Shown here piece by piece: positions 37,501 to 51,499 of a DNA stretch of 64,000 nucleotides. The position numbers were made by a program, and so were the translations under genes. The DNA is from Raillietiella orientalis (lineage: Eukaryota). Every line of letters starts with the position of its first letter. The stretch's first letter is position 1. The stretch is taken from positions 3,286,001 to 3,350,000 of the forward strand of contig JAYWIR010000002.1 in the NCBI GenBank assembly GCA_036172245.1, in the 5' to 3' direction. Under the pieces are notes generated by a model, which saw only the letters and a program-made list of their open reading frames with translations, ran no database searches and was not told the DNA's origin.

Positions 37501-40469
37501 AAGGTCGGTCCCACCTTGCGCTCTTTGGCTGCGGGCTTCCCGGAAAGGGGACTGCAGTCGTGGACCTTTCCTTATCCCGGAGGCTGCTTTCCCAGCCTGA
37601 GGAGACCCGGCGGAGTCGGGTCGCCTCCTTTCGCTGCTAGGCGACTAAGGAAGAGGAGGAGCATCTGCTCGCGTCCGTTGCAGCCGCAGAAGACGGGCAC
37701 AGACCTCCTCCTGCCGCAAAGAGCTTCGCCTCTTCCTCTCGCACTCCCGAGAAGAGCGCCGTCTCGTGCGGCCTGAACCCGACTACGAAAATGGGAACGC
37801 CGGAGCGCCATTTCAGGGATGACTCCCAGGATACACCCTCGGTTTGTTCCGAGCAAACAACCGAATCGCGGGAACCTGACCTCGGTCAACTTCGTCTCTT
37901 GTTGTTCCTTCCTCTGCGATTCAGGGATCCGCGTCTCGCAGAACGGGAGAGCTCCGCTGCTCCCGACTCCTGCTTTCTCGAAACGAAAACTCCCGAAGAG
38001 CAAGGATTTCAGATCTTTGCGGAGATTACGGGTTCTCCAGCGAGAGATCATCAGGAAGCTGGATGTTTCGATCCCTCTTTCCCCTCTAAATCTGCCGCGT
38101 CCGTCGCGCGGTTTATCTAAAGGGATGACAGAAGCGCTCGATACCGGCTTTCGTCCGCTGGCGGTGTCCCCGCTTCCCCTCTTGGGTCGACTCCAGGAGT
38201 AAGACGTCCTTCCGAATCCCGCTTTGCCCCTGGGGCCTTCCCTGTAGCATTTCTCCGCTCGCAGGACGGAGACCCCCTGAGGCAGATTCCGGAGGTGAGA
38301 ACTCCTCTCGGAGACGGCGCATCGCTCCTGATGTTTCCCGTTTGAGAGACAGCTCCGTTTAGGGGCTCAAGGACAAGGGGGTTCTCAGGTTTGGTCGCTT
38401 CCTGCCCTTCTCCCCGAGCTTTCCTCTGAGCTGCGAGTCCTTGCATTTCTTGCGCGCCAAGCTCTGAAGTCACTCGGTTCCCCTTCTCACTGCAGAACAC
38501 CCCAGAGGTGGGTTGGTCCTTCCCACCTCACCCCCTCCCTTCCCTCCCCCAAAAACAAAATCTTTCCATTGACGCTTCCATTGACGATCTCGTCGATGCG
38601 CCAGTGGAATCTCTTGCAAGCGTCCCTTCCCTTTTCAGAGGTGCGGCGTCCCGTGCGCCTCGACTTCGGGGAGGTTGCGTCCAACGGCCGTGGTCTTCTG
38701 TGACGTCTCAACCATGCAGGTCTCGCTCGTACGGAGGGAATCTTGGCCGCGGCGTCCCAGCAGATGCTTTGATCCGAGACGGAGAACACCATAGAGCCTT
38801 CCCGGACCTCGATACCGATTCTTCGCGCCCGCAGCTTCCCATCTTCAAGGGCATCTTTTCAAGGTCTTCAAGGCAACTTTCGGTATTCCTTTGATATGGC
38901 TCAAGAAGTGCTTGTCCAAATGACGAGCTACAGATCATCAGATAATGAGGTCCTTGCAGCACCACTCTCGTCCTCTGTGGAATCGTCCGCGCAAATCCCC
39001 GTCTGCGGCTGCGCCCTCTCCTCCTTTCGCAGGACTCCCTGCTTCCTCCAGGCAAACTTCCGCCTTCGAAGGCCGGCGCATGAAGCGGTGGCTGTTAGGG
39101 AACTCGTTGGGACTTCCGCTACGGTTCTGCACTTCCCGAGCCCGGCGATCCGGGAGACCGGCTTCCCTCATCGTGTCTAGCGCGACTCGACAGTTCCGGG
39201 AAAGACGAATCACGTGACAATCACTCTGCAAGCCCTTCCTGGTTCCTCCCTAACCCTCCCGTCGAGCGCGCATCTCCTGCCTCCCGGGGAACGCCACGCG
39301 CTCTTTCGGAGTGCAGATGACTTGCCGCGTCCCTTGCAGGCGTTTCCTGGCTCACGAAAGGCAACAAAGCGGTGTTTCTGGTGAATCCCGGCTTCCTCCC
39401 GCACGGAAACCGAAGGTTCTGTGTCACCAATGCGCACGCGCCCCCGAGGTCAGGTGCTCTCCTGAGAGATCGAAGGGGAACCCCGAACGTTCCTGACTGC
39501 CATCGTTGAAGATCGATCCCAGTCCAAGGGGAGGGACAGTAGGAGTGGAGATGCTGCCAGGCAGCCGCTGTCACGCAAGGGCGGCGTTTCCCGCCATGCC
39601 CTGTTCCATTCCCGCCTTTCTGTTGTGCAAACCCCGTTGGCGAAAGTCGTGACTCAGAGTAGGCGTAGGGGACTTTGTTGGTGCCTGTGCTCTGGGAGCC
39701 CCTCCTGTGGAAGCGGGGTAGGATGCTCAGCGGGATGAGAGCGCCCAGACGGAGGAGATTCCGTGGAGGGGACAGCCGGGCAAGGCAAAGAAACACACCC
39801 TAATTTTCCTCAAGGGCGTCCCTTTTATTCCAGGTTCCTGCCGGTCCCCATCCCGTCTCCAGGGAGGCTGACCAACACTTCGAGCCTTCGTGCCCAGGTG
39901 CCGCCGTGTAGGGGACACCAAGACTCTTGTGATGTGGGCGCACTCTGTGGTGGCTGCTCGCACCTGGGTCCAGTGGGTCCAGGGATGGAGGAGCCGAACT
40001 CGTCAAGCACTCGCAGGGCGCCCTCTCACAAGTGCCCAACCCGTCATCATGGTCCAGTCATCCTTCGAACGAATCCTCCGTGCGTGGCGCTCAAATCGGA
40101 ATCAGCGTTCCCAGCGCCATTCCAGACATCAAAAAAAAAGAAAATAGAAGATTCGCTTCAAGAACATGCGCTTCTCGCGGTCGATTTTCAAGCCTTCCTG
40201 ATCTTCGGCGAGCCTCGCGACCAACATGAAACGCGAGATCCGACTGCCGCTCCACTGATCTGCAGCTGCGATGCCCCGCGCGATCCACCCACCCCCTTCG
40301 TTCCAAAACCACAGACGAACACCACCGATAGCCTCCCTGGACTGGGATGGACCGACGTAGTCGCAAGCCGGTCCCAATTTCAGTAGCGCACGTGAAAGCA
40401 CACAGTCGGTCTGCAAGGGATGCTGACCTTCTTCCCCTCTCCACCCGTCTCCTGTTTGCGCCGCTTTCC

Positions 40470-41265
40470 TTCCAGGTTTTTTGTTGTCTTTTTTTCCGGG
40501 TTTTCCTTTTTTTTTGAAGGGGAGGGGGTACTCAAGGAGTGCTGAAGAACCGTCTGCCTTCTTAGGGCAGGGGGGTCCAAGGAGCTCTTTAAAGTTGCCA
40601 ACGCCACCCAAAGGTGCTTGTGACTCTTCAATTTAGGAGGCAACCCCGGGAGGGGACCACCTCATGAATCCAGGAATGCTCCGAAGGAGTGTCCGTTTCT
40701 CCGCTTGGAAGGAAACTCCGAAGGGAGGGTTAACCTTCCTTGTTCTCTCCGGAAAGACCTCCCGGAGGGGTCCAATCCTCCTCGTCTCTCCTCTGAAGGG
40801 AACCAGAAAGGACCCACTCCTTGTTTCCTCCACTGAAGAGAAATCCCGAAGGGACACTTCTCCATTTTCCCTGAAAGGCCGTTCCCCGAAGGGACCAGCA
40901 CGCTTCTTGCACACCTTGAAGAGATTCATGGTACTCGATGGAGGGTCCTCTCCCCCGCGAGGAAGGAGAGGGCGATCCATTTGCACATCCGGAGGGGAAT
41001 CTCAAGGTTCTCTTTGATGTCCTGGAAGGACCTCGGAGGCTGGACCTCCAATCCCAGCGGCCAGTCAAGAGGGTCATCCGGGGTTTCCGGCTGCCTCCAG
41101 AAGCGCCGCGGCACCCGAAGCTTACAGGTCAACCAGCGCCATCCTGAGGGGGAGGGGGATTCGAAACCCACGATGTACACTCCGTTCTCCACTTCGATCC
41201 TTCCCCGGGGGGGATTCTAACCCGCAATGCTCGGCACCACGCGCAGGGAGAGCAGTAGCACGGGT
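40470..41265 (-). mobile_element. Diverged near full-length SINE copy
   Basis: The reverse complement has the head (cgcgtggtgccgagcattgcgggttagaatccc..ggaaggatcga), a second gggtttcgaatcccc module, the body, the repeat array (ccgaaggg units on +) and the A-rich end. Confidence 0.7.
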
Positions 41266-41899
41266 GCCAATGCGGACTCTTCTCCCGTCTCAAATAAAGC
41301 GGCGAAGTGTGCCGTCCGCCTGTGCGTGTAGTGGGTCATGCCAGTACTTTCCCTCTACGTGGTCTTCGACCCCCGGAGTGAGTGTGCCTTCGCTGAATGT
41401 GAGCTCTACCTCTGGCTGGAGCCAGCGACGGTCCACTCTAAAGCCAAATTTCATGACGGATCCGTCGAGCAGTGTCTCGCAACCTGTGTCACAGGAATGA
41501 AAGAGGCACGTGGTTGAGCGGGGAGAAGGAGGAACCAAAGGAAGGGAAAAAAACCCATCCCGGATTTTCTCTGTTCCTTTTGCCTCTCTTCTGTTACGTG
41601 GATCAAACTCCTCCTTGGAAACAAGATGTCGCGATTGGTGACCAGAGGTAACGGAGCCACCGGCTCGCCGTCTCGCGCGCGATGACTGCGCCTTCGGGGG
41701 GGGAGAAGGGAGGGACGAGGAAGAGATCCGCGATTGTTGCTTGACTCCCGGGCTCGGCACCCGGAACTCTCTCAAGGGGAGGACCACCTCTGTTTCCATT
41801 CGCTCCCACTGTGTGAGCAGGGAAAAGACTGCGGACGAGCGTCTTCATGGAAAGTTCCTAACCTCACAACTTCCTAGTTCGAGAGGGGAGATCTAGAGA

Positions 41900-42120
41900 G
41901 CGGAGGAGCTCACAGCACTGCCGGAAGTGGAAACTACACTCCGTCAGATAGATCACATCCTTGTCAGCGTAAATGGAGTCCACTCCTGCGTCTCCTATCC
42001 CGACACGATCCATGCACAAACCGCTTCTTCTTTCATGCTGAAGACCGCAGGTCCTTCCTCCGCGTTGCCGTGGAGCTCCCCACCGTTCGCTCAGGATCGC
42101 TCTGGAGAAAACTGGGAACA
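41900..42120 (+). pseudogene. Decayed LINE APE-endonuclease remnant
   Basis: RQIDHILVS resembles the conserved SRIDxxLvS motif; the surrounding sequence is degenerate. Confidence 0.3.
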
Positions 42121-42697
42121 TCTCCTCTTTCTCCTCCTCTTCTCGCCATGGAGGACGATCGTGGAGGGCAATCCGAATGGTTGCGCGGACAATTCCTGGT
42201 CCAGATCTTCCAGGATATTTCTTTCTCACGCGATGGAATCTTTGAAAGTTCACCTGGTAAATTCCCGTCTGCCTTTCTCTATTTTGATCTTCCGGAGAGC
42301 CGCAAGGTGCTCCTCCTCCATCCTGCCTCGCTTTTGAAGCTGCTTGTTGATCTTCTTCCTCTCCATCCTCCAGCCAGCACGACAAGTGCAGAGAGAGATG
42401 GAAGAGCGATCCTCTCCTTCCCCCCACCATCGCGCCAGCAGGATCCACAAGGGAGATCGCGCACGCATGGATCAGCAAGGGCGGGAAAGAGTCGCTCTCC
42501 TCGCATCGCCCGAGGTCCTCCCCAGAGGCCATCCCTTCTACTGCCTCCTCTTTCTCTTTCGGCAAGGGAAGTCTGCGCGCGGGTGCAACGGCTGTGTCGA
42601 AGGGGACCGCACCCACGACCCGGAGAAAACGCCCTCGATCCGCTGCTGCCCGAAGTCATGCGAGGTGTCTTTCCCATTCAGCCTCCCCTTTGCCTCC

Positions 42698-42757
42698 TTC
42701 TCCCTACAGGGGTGCTGCTTGCTCTCGCGGGTGCGTGCGGCACCCCTGTAGGGAGAA
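42698..42757 (+). other. Long stem-loop (21-bp stem, 18-nt loop)
   Basis: ttctccctacaggggtgctgc pairs with gcggcacccctgtagggagaa, with a single G-U pair. Confidence 0.8.
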
Positions 42758-45700
42758 AGTGGTGGCGGCGGCAGAAGGACAGATCGAAATTCCCGAGGAG
42801 GAAACCACGGAAATCCTCCTCGGCAGTGGTCCTCCTTCTGCTTCACGCCTTCCTGGATTCGGGATACGAAAGAAAGGGAAAGTCCTGGAAGCTGCGAAGA
42901 GGCTCGGCTCTTCACAGCTTCCAGGACTCTGCACCTGGGTTGCAATCTCCCTCCACGGATGCCCTCCGGTCCGACGCCCCGATGTCCTGGTTTCCCGTGC
43001 TGCTCCCCCTTCTCAAGTTCGCGAACAGCTGCGGATGCTGGAGAATACGAGACGCGGGAAGATGGAGCGCGAAGCTGGATCGGAGGTGAATTCCCGGATA
43101 TTTCAGCCTTGGGCAGCGTGCCGGCGGCGCGCTTTTCCTCGGCGCTCTCTGAGGGGTCTCGGAAGAGGTCGCCGGAGGGCACTGGCCGACGCGGGCACGT
43201 CCTTCTCCCGCGAGCAGCAGCTCGCCGGTAAGGTCTGCCTCTGAGGCCACGGTCTAGAATTCCCTCAGCCAGTCGTGGCGGCGCCGGTTTTCGGCGCAGC
43301 TGCGGCATGGTTCTCATATGGTCTGGGATGGAGCAGCCGGCGCATGCTGGCTCGAGGATGGTCACCCCCGGAGGGGAAGAGTCGGGATGCCGTCCCGCAG
43401 AGGGGACTTACCTCCCCTCTGCGGGCCAATCCACGCAGGCCACGACGAAGAGGCCCCGGAAGGCATGGGTGGGCGGGGCTCCTGGCTGGCCTCCTCGCAG
43501 AACCCAGGGAGGCCGGGGAGGTTCCTTCCTGCCCACCCTGCGCGCCCGTCGCTCCTCTTTCGCGAAGCTCCTAAAAAGCAGGACGCCTCCGTCCGTTGAC
43601 CTCTAGCTATTATGAGCGGATGGGGCGGGAGGAGGAAAACCGGGGTTTAGGAGATAGGGAGTGCGAAACGCCCTCCGCCGTCCTGAAATCACGCGGGGGA
43701 TTGTCGGGATCTGCAAGGGATGAACAAAGCGGCTCCTCTCTCACATCCCATTCCCCGGATGGTAGCGGCGGTGCCCTCGGAAAGCCGGAAAAGAAGAGTT
43801 TCTCGGTGAACCAGAAAGCCGATTCTCCATCTCCTCCTTCCCGATGGCGATCTCGTGATGTCCAGCTGCGCATGCTTTTCCGAAACCCTTGCCGTCCGCC
43901 AGCTTCCACGAAGCGGGATGAAACTGTGCAGAACAGTCTCCGAGTCCGGGGTCTCAGGCGCTCTGTGAGGATCCACGGGACCGAAAAAGTCGGGGTGTGG
44001 AGGTGGGAGAGGGATTATCCTTCTTCCGAAGGGAGATGGGAAGATGTGGATGCTGCGGACGGGAGGCCGATGACACGAACGGCGGTCTCAAGGCTGCTGC
44101 CAGTGGGGTGCGGCGGGGACGAGGCGAAGATGGCGAAGGAGAATTTTGGTGTTCAGAAGAGAGCGAAGGTCCTCCGTGCGCCCTCGCTGATGCCAGGAAG
44201 CGCAGCGCTCGCGCCTGCCGGGCTCAGGGCGGCGCGGAGGGACCTCTGGAAGAAAGAGCGTGCGCGCCGGAGGGCGGACAAGAACCCGCCTGCCCGCTGG
44301 TCCGGAAGTGCGTGCGTGGCACAGAATTCTCCGTCACTGCCTGCTCCACGGACGGGGGCCGTTCCACAGCTCTCCCCGGAGGAAATCACTCCTCGTGCCT
44401 ACTGGGCAGCGGCCAGCCCGGGAATCCCGGGCAGCAACCGCCAGAGAGGGCGAGGGCTGGAGGGCAGATTGCCTTGGTTACGGCGAGATCCATCCGCCTG
44501 CTGCGAGATCAAAGAGGACCCGACCACCCGTCCTGGTGTTTGCGGCTCCTGCTCATCCTCGTTCCTGATCTGGCATCTGAGAGGGGCAATCCCGGAAGCG
44601 GAAGTCCGATCGATGCTCGAGAGGCGATTCCTCGGGGACTGGCAACAGGATCGATCGTGGAGCGTCCGGAGGGAGGGGTACGACACGGGTCAGCAGCAGC
44701 ACGCGTCCCGGAAACGCGAGCTCCACGCCGAGATTCGACAGCCCGACTTCCCCTCCGGCGAGGCAGAGGGAGGGAATCCTGTCGCCTCACACCCATCCCC
44801 GGCCTCGGGGTGGCCTCTGCTTCGAGTCACCTCCCGGCCAGGTTGGCCCGAAGATGCCCCGTCGCCCATGGCTCCCTGGCTGAGTGAGGAAACTCGGGGG
44901 AGCGAATTGAGCGTTCCCATCGTCGCTGCGCAACCCATCTTGGGGAGAAGGGAACGGGAACCCTCGCGGGTTGCGCGTCCAGCTTCGCGCGAGGGCCAGA
45001 ACCCTCCTGCTGCCAACTCCCTGAAGGGAGGTCTCGGGGAGCGGGCGAATGAACCCTTGGGGATAATTGCGGGACGTACCTCCTGAGAGAGTGCGGCGAT
45101 CACTTTAAAGATGACAGCAGCGGATCCTTGCCACCGGAGGAGGCAGTTTCAGGATAACACCGGGAGCCTTTCTCAGAGACTCGATAGCCACCTGCTCGCG
45201 AGGGGAGAAGCTGAGGGAGCGATGCGGAGTCTGTGGTGCGCGCCAACGTGGCATCTGTGGTCGGAGAAGGAAAATGTGAGGAGCAGATCTCCAGCGGGGT
45301 GGGGAGAGGGGAGGAGGGACTTCCTTCTCTCACGAAGGAGGCATCGCCGGGAAGATCTGCATTCGCCGGAAAGACAAGAAGCTCGAGGGGCGGTAGCGTT
45401 GGGAAGGAATTCGGGGTCAGCTGAGGGCAGCTCCAGGGTGTGGCGCCGCAGGGAGTCGCACGAGGCCCCCCACACCCACGCATGTTCCGCTTCCCGGACA
45501 CCTCTTCTTTCGTTAAAGGTGGCTCCCTCTCCTGTGCCTTCGCTAGGAGACGTGGACCTCTAGGGCTCCCCTGGTGCACGGTGACGTTGGTCAAGGGTTA
45601 CCTTGATCGACATCACCCTAAGGGGAGCGGTGAATCGACACGTGCCATCCTCGGGACACCGCAAGGATGCTGCGCGGACGATGAGGATACCCGGTGGACC

Positions 45701-48700
45701 GCGAGGGGGTCGCCCTCTCCTGGAGAAGCACGAAGGACGGAAGCAACCAAGCAGATCCCTCCGAGCCCTCTCCCTAGGGTGTCGGCTGAGAGCGCTGTCT
45801 GGAAGGATTTCGGAGTCTTCTGCTTCCCGGGGGCACCCGCGACGGCCCTCTACTAGAGGGCGCATGCGGCGTCTTCGCTCCCGATACGCGGACCCGGGGA
45901 AAGAGGTTTATTCAGGACTGCCAGTCTCTCGGAGATCCTCTCCGGTTTCCTCCTTGTCGCTGGCCGGCGCGTGGCCGACCGCCCCGAGGCAGCAGGAAAG
46001 GTCGAAGCCTCCTCGAAGGACCGGGTCACGGAAGAAAGAGTCCGCGCTGCTGCAGCCGCGGCCCGCGCGCCGTCGCGGCCTCTCGCCGCGCAGAAATGGG
46101 AGGCTTCCCTTCGCTGCACGAGGGGTCGAGGGCACTTCGAGGGATGCTGCGGGATGTGCCGCCTGAGGGGGTGTACGGCGAGCACTCGAAGGATGACAGT
46201 AGCGGATCCGTGCGGAGGTTGGCGGGCACGCACCCACGCCTGTCCCTAGGAGTGCTGCTGGCAAAGAGCAGGGTACTCTCACCGGCCCACCTCGCCAGAG
46301 GGAGCCCGGTGAGAGTACGCCACTCCCACCCAGTGACTGAAGACCTCTCGCGCCAGCAGCTGTGTGGGATGTGTCCCGGGGGAGGAAAAACCCATCTCGG
46401 GAGAAAAGACGCTTTCCTGCTGGAGAAAGGGGGAGGTGGGACCTTGTTGTCTCTCTGACTCCGTCTCCAGTGGGAACGAATTGGTCTCCCAGAGTCCCGA
46501 AATCTGTCCCGAGGTTCCGGAGCTGAGGGATGGAAACGAGGATGACTCTCTCCCCGAGTAGGGAAAGACGTCAAGAAGGAGGTGGTGCTGGATCCTCGAA
46601 GACACTTGGGTTTGAGCGACCTCCCTTCCTTCCGGTCGGATGGGAAGAAGAGAAGTCACGGGCCGCTACGTCCCCCACCCCCATCCCAGAACGGCGAGCG
46701 AAAGCAGGAGCGGCGGCACTTCTGGATAGTCCTTGTCCCGCGTATCCCGCGCATTCTCAGGAAGATCGTGATCTCTTCCCAGCGAGAGCCGAGGGTGGGT
46801 GGGTAATTTCGTATGCCCGAGTCTGGAGCCACGGCGCCTCCGTAAAGGACGTAACTCCTTCGTCCACCGCTGCTGCGACCGTAGCATCTACGCTCCTTTA
46901 TTTCAAGGACGCTACTCCTCTCGGGTTCCTCCTGGAGATAAGAGAGGGGAAGGGAGAAAGGGGTGCGATCCCGTTCTTCCTCCTTGCGAATTCCCGACGC
47001 TCCAGGGAGCGCGCGCGGACCGATCGTCCTTGGTTCCTCCTCAGGTCGGGTGGGCTAGGAAGGAGCGTGCGGGCTAGAAGGCGGATCCGGGATGCGGGAG
47101 GGAGGCATCTGTTGCAGGAAGCGCGTGTTAAACGCAGGAAAAGGGGAGCCACCACGGCTATGCGAGGGAACCTGCGCCGCAGCCTCCCAGGCTTCCTCCC
47201 CGGCCTTTCGGAGTCCAGGAGCGCCCTGCCTCCTTTCACAGGGAGGGGTGAGTGGGAAGTGTCGTTTCTCTCCCTCCCCTCCCTTTCGCATTTCCCTTTT
47301 CTCCTCCTCGGCCACGTTCTGGGAGGGGAAAGCGCCATACATTGGACAAGATTAAAATTTCATTTCCGGATCCCGGAGAGGCGAGCCAGCATACTCGGGA
47401 GGAAGAGGAGGAATCGAGTTAGTGCTGGAGGAAGGATCTCCATGCACCAATTTTTCTCCCTTCTCCCTCCTCTGCATCCCCCTTCGGCCTCATCCTTAAT
47501 TTCCCTCCTGATCGATACGGTGCTTGTCTGGAAACGTCTCCAGAAATCCTTCGTTCATCCCTTTATGGCGCTTCGGCTTCCCATGTGTCTTGGTTTATCA
47601 TGGGACGAAGACGGATGCGGAGAGTTTCGGGAGAACTGGAGGGAGGCCGAGCGCCCGGCGATCACTCCGCCTTCGACGTGGGAGCCCCGCGTCGCCCTCT
47701 CAGGGAGGAGAAGACACGCGGGGCAGCGAAGCTTCTTGGAGCTCCCGCAGCGCTCGCTCGCGGAGGGGAAGGGCAGGAGGAGGAGGAAGAAGGGGAGAGG
47801 AAGAAGGCAGGAAGAAAGGAGAAGGAGAGTAGAGAAGGAAGAGAGGCGTAGGCTTGCGCGGTCTGCTGGTGCGGGAAGGCGGTCGCCACAAAGCCCGACC
47901 ACGCCCTCTCCTCTCCCTTTCCTTCCCGAAGCAGCCGCTTCCCTAAAAAGCGCGACCAAGTGCGAGACGGTGAGGGGATGAATGGATGCCCTGATCGCCC
48001 AGGTCCAGCGCCCCCCTGTGGGTGCATCGTGTCCTCGACCTTCCCTCCTTTGTTCGTAGCTACCCGAATTTCTCCTTCCGGGGTGCATGTCCTGCTTTCC
48101 ACATGGGAAGGAGCAGAGAGACCCCGGGATCGGGCGTTTGCTACCCCTGCGCGGAGGCGGGCGATACCAGAAGACGGGACCGGCGCTGGTCAGTTTGGGT
48201 CTCTTGTCGGATTCCCGGGAGGAACGCGCAACCCGGAACGACAACGCAGATAGGCAACCCGCACCAGGACCCGCCCCTTCCTGCGACCCGCATTCCTTCC
48301 AAGACGGACGAGCGGAGACAGCCTGCGGCATTCGAACAACCCGTGGAGGGAGGACAGACAAGGAACCCCTTCCTCTGGAGAAGGGCGCATCTGGGGTCGA
48401 GAGAATCTTCCCGTCTCCCTCACCACCCTCACCTCCTCCTCCGTCCCCCCTCCTCCCTACTTCAGCTTCTCGCGCGCCCTTTCCCGTCCCGCTGCCATCC
48501 ACGACGTGCATGGAAGAGGAGGAAGACGACCCGGTGGGAAGCAAATTGCCCCTCGCTCCGAAGGAGGGGGAAAGGGAAGCTCAGAAGTCTTCCCTTTCTG
48601 AGATCATACGGCGATAGGCTCTTCCCCCTTCGCCCGACTATCGCAGACTCCAGGACATGTCGTGGGCGGCGGTGACAGCGATCGTCCCCGGAAGGTGCCT

Positions 48701-50079
48701 TCCTTCAAGTCGTCCCCCCCTTCCCTCGCCGGAGACGAGAGACTTTCGTCGCCTCTCCGGAGACCCGGCGTCCCAGAGAAGGGAAGTTCGAGGCGATCCT
48801 AAGGGGAGGCGGTGCGGTGATCCTCCGCACGCGGAGACACGCCGGTTGTGGAAGGAGAGGTGAGCGGGCCGGGCAAGAAAGGGAGAGGAACCTTTCCCTC
48901 CTTCGCTTCCCTCCCGCTGTTCCGGATGGGCTCAGGGGCGGCAATTCGCGAAGGGGGACGGGGAGGGGGGAAATAGGAAACTGCGCCTTACCTGCTCTGC
49001 GGCCCCTCGGCGAGCTCCGCTCTCCCACTGAAGATCAGCGCGTCCTTCGGAGTACCTGGCTCTCTTGCGGACGTGCGGAAGGGGAACCCGTTGCTTCAGA
49101 AGTACCCTCCCGTGCGGCTCCGCGCAAGCGAACGGGAAAGGAGGATGCGTTCTCCTGCCTTCCTTCCTGCTCCCTCCTTCTCAGCATCCCTTCCCTCGCT
49201 TCCTCTTCCTCCCTCCCTCCCGTCAGGAGACGAAGGAACGCGAGGTGGAATTCCGGACGAGCGCCGCGGCAGAGGAGTAGGAAAAGGGGAGGAGGATCTT
49301 TAGGGGGAAAGGGGATAAACCTCCCTCCATCCCCTACCCTATAACGGACCTCCCGCCTTCGGGACTGCTTTGGCGGTTTTCCCAGGGGTGTTCGCCCTCT
49401 TCCCCATTCTACCGCCACGATCCATCCGCGAACGTGGCGGCGTCCTGCCCTTCCTCCTCCTCGCGGTGGCGGCATCGCCTCCTGTGGAGAGGATTTCCGG
49501 GGGCGCCCACAGGTGCATCGGGGTCCCGCCACTGCCGCTTCCCTTGGATGGGGAGGGGGGGAAGCGCACCCTGGGTATGAGAAACTTCTTTCAGAGGTAA
49601 TCCCTTGCGGCCCCTTTCAGTGCATCTCGCGCGCTCTCGCGGGTGCCCCGAAGTCGGCGGCTGCAGACAAAGTCCCCGCACTTGCAGGAACTCTGAGAAC
49701 TGGGTCGTCCCGATTCCGGGAATTTCCTGGAGCCTCGCGCCGAATCGTCGGTCCTGTGGAGTGTCCCCCTCTCCCTCTTCCAGGGAAAGCACGGTCCACT
49801 TTGCGCGATCCACGCAGGGCACTTTGGCTGTGTCGGGGCACGGCTTTTTCCGGTCGCCGGTTCCAACCGCAGCCGGAGGGGCCTGCCAGCAGACCTGCCT
49901 GGATTTTCCGCCGGTCGCTAGGGAGAAACGCTTCGAGATTCACGCGACGAGGAAGAACGGGAGCTCATCCCTTCTTTTTCCCCTCCCTCGCTTCCCTGGA
50001 AAATCCTGGAAGGAGAGGTGTCCTCGAGAGAGGGGGAGTGGATTCCCCTCTGCCCGCAGGCGCAGCGATAGGTGATGAA

Positions 50080-50420
50080 GTTTTCATTTGGTGGTTGCCC
50101 TGGCGTTTTCGGGCGCCTGCGGCGGCTCACCAGCTCGACTTCCTCACCCGCGGAAACTTCTTAAGCGGTCAGTCCATCCACTCTGATCCCGAAAGCTGGA
50201 GCGCAGGCGATGGATGTTCCTGATAAACGCTTGCGGCTGCTGCGAGGGGTGCTAAAGGCGATGGACGTCCGTCTTCCCCAACGCCTCACTCATCCTCGGG
50301 TGCATGCGCATTGCAGGTCATCTCCGGCATCTGCCAACGGAGGCCAGACCCGGGTGCCCTTTTCTTGCCCTTTGCTTCGTCATATCAGGTGCATCCCGAC
50401 TGTCGGATCACGCGCAGATA
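50080..50420 (+). pseudogene. Highly decayed reverse-transcriptase remnant (LINE)
   Basis: Frameshifted motifs in the expected order: GNFLSGQSIHSD (~GFxxGRSIxDN), LLRGVLKAMD and SANGGQTRVPF (~vNGxxSxxF). The similarity is weak and by eye only. Confidence 0.35.
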
Positions 50421-51499
50421 GAGAACCAGAATGGTGAGCCAAAGATGTTGCGCATCCTGCCGAGACCTCGCAGCTACAGGAGAGGGTGATCCCGATTGGA
50501 AACCTCCAGTACTACCCACTCGGAAAAATCCTTTTCCAGCGCAACCGGAGACCGATTTTTCTAATGGGAAAAGGAATGAGGTTAAAGAGGGAACGGAAGC
50601 CTCCATGATGAGCTCTCGCAACGGAGTGACGATCTCGGTGAACCGCGCCTGGACAGGACGAAGCCGGAGGGGATTCTCACGAAGGTCGCCAGAGAGAAGA
50701 GTCTCCCGTGCCCGGCTCTGACGGGCGAATTGACTGCCAGGGCTGGGCACGGGAGGAAGGCAGGATCGAACCGTTTATCAGCTGGTTTCCTCTGAGGCTT
50801 CTCCAAGAGTAGCTGGAGCTCGTCCCATGGGAGGGGAGTGCTATCCAGAAAAGTGAATGATTGGAGAAATCCTTGGGCCGAAATGACCTCAGTTCCTTCT
50901 CTTAGTTCGAATGGATGAGGTGGAGTCCAGCTGTCTTTAAGAATGTCGGATTCCTGAATGAACAAGGGACTCATTTCGGGAAGCAGAATGTTGACGCCGT
51001 GAGATAACCAAAGTGGCTCCAGATTTCAGAGGTCTTGGACCTCAGAGGTTTCAAAAGTCTTCAGTTATCTCAGAAGCTCAGTCAGAAGTCTTGGATCTCG
51101 GAAGTCCTGTGGATGAGAGGACAGCGAGCGTGAAAGTCTGAAACCCCTGGAGGGTGTGTGGACAAACTGCTGAAGCATCTAGCCCTGTAGATGGGCTGGC
51201 GCCCAAACTTCGAGACCCTATGCAACTACAGAGGCGGAGGTTTGAATCCGGTCACGTCGGAACGTTTGTTTTGCAAAAACAAAGCAAACCACAGGTTTTA
51301 GGGGAAGAAGGGTATCCCCTCGAAAAAACAAGAAAAGTCATTGAAAAAAAGTTCTTCCAGGATGACCAGAGTTTCCTTCCTTCCCCCAGGCGGGTTTCTG
51401 AAAAGTAGGGAACGGAGGGAGAGACAATAAAGAAATAAAAAAAGAAGGGAGGGTGGGGATGGGAATCATGGGGTATAAGATGTTCCATTACTTCTAGAA

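Noticed and set aside
43596-47981. Long ORFs of 496 aa (43596-45086) and 483 aa (46530-47981), and similar ones such as 19923-21089 and 53071-54039
   Set aside because: They are Arg/Pro/Gly/Ser-rich translations open in several overlapping frames, as expected from high GC. I found no domain motifs or splice-consistent structure.
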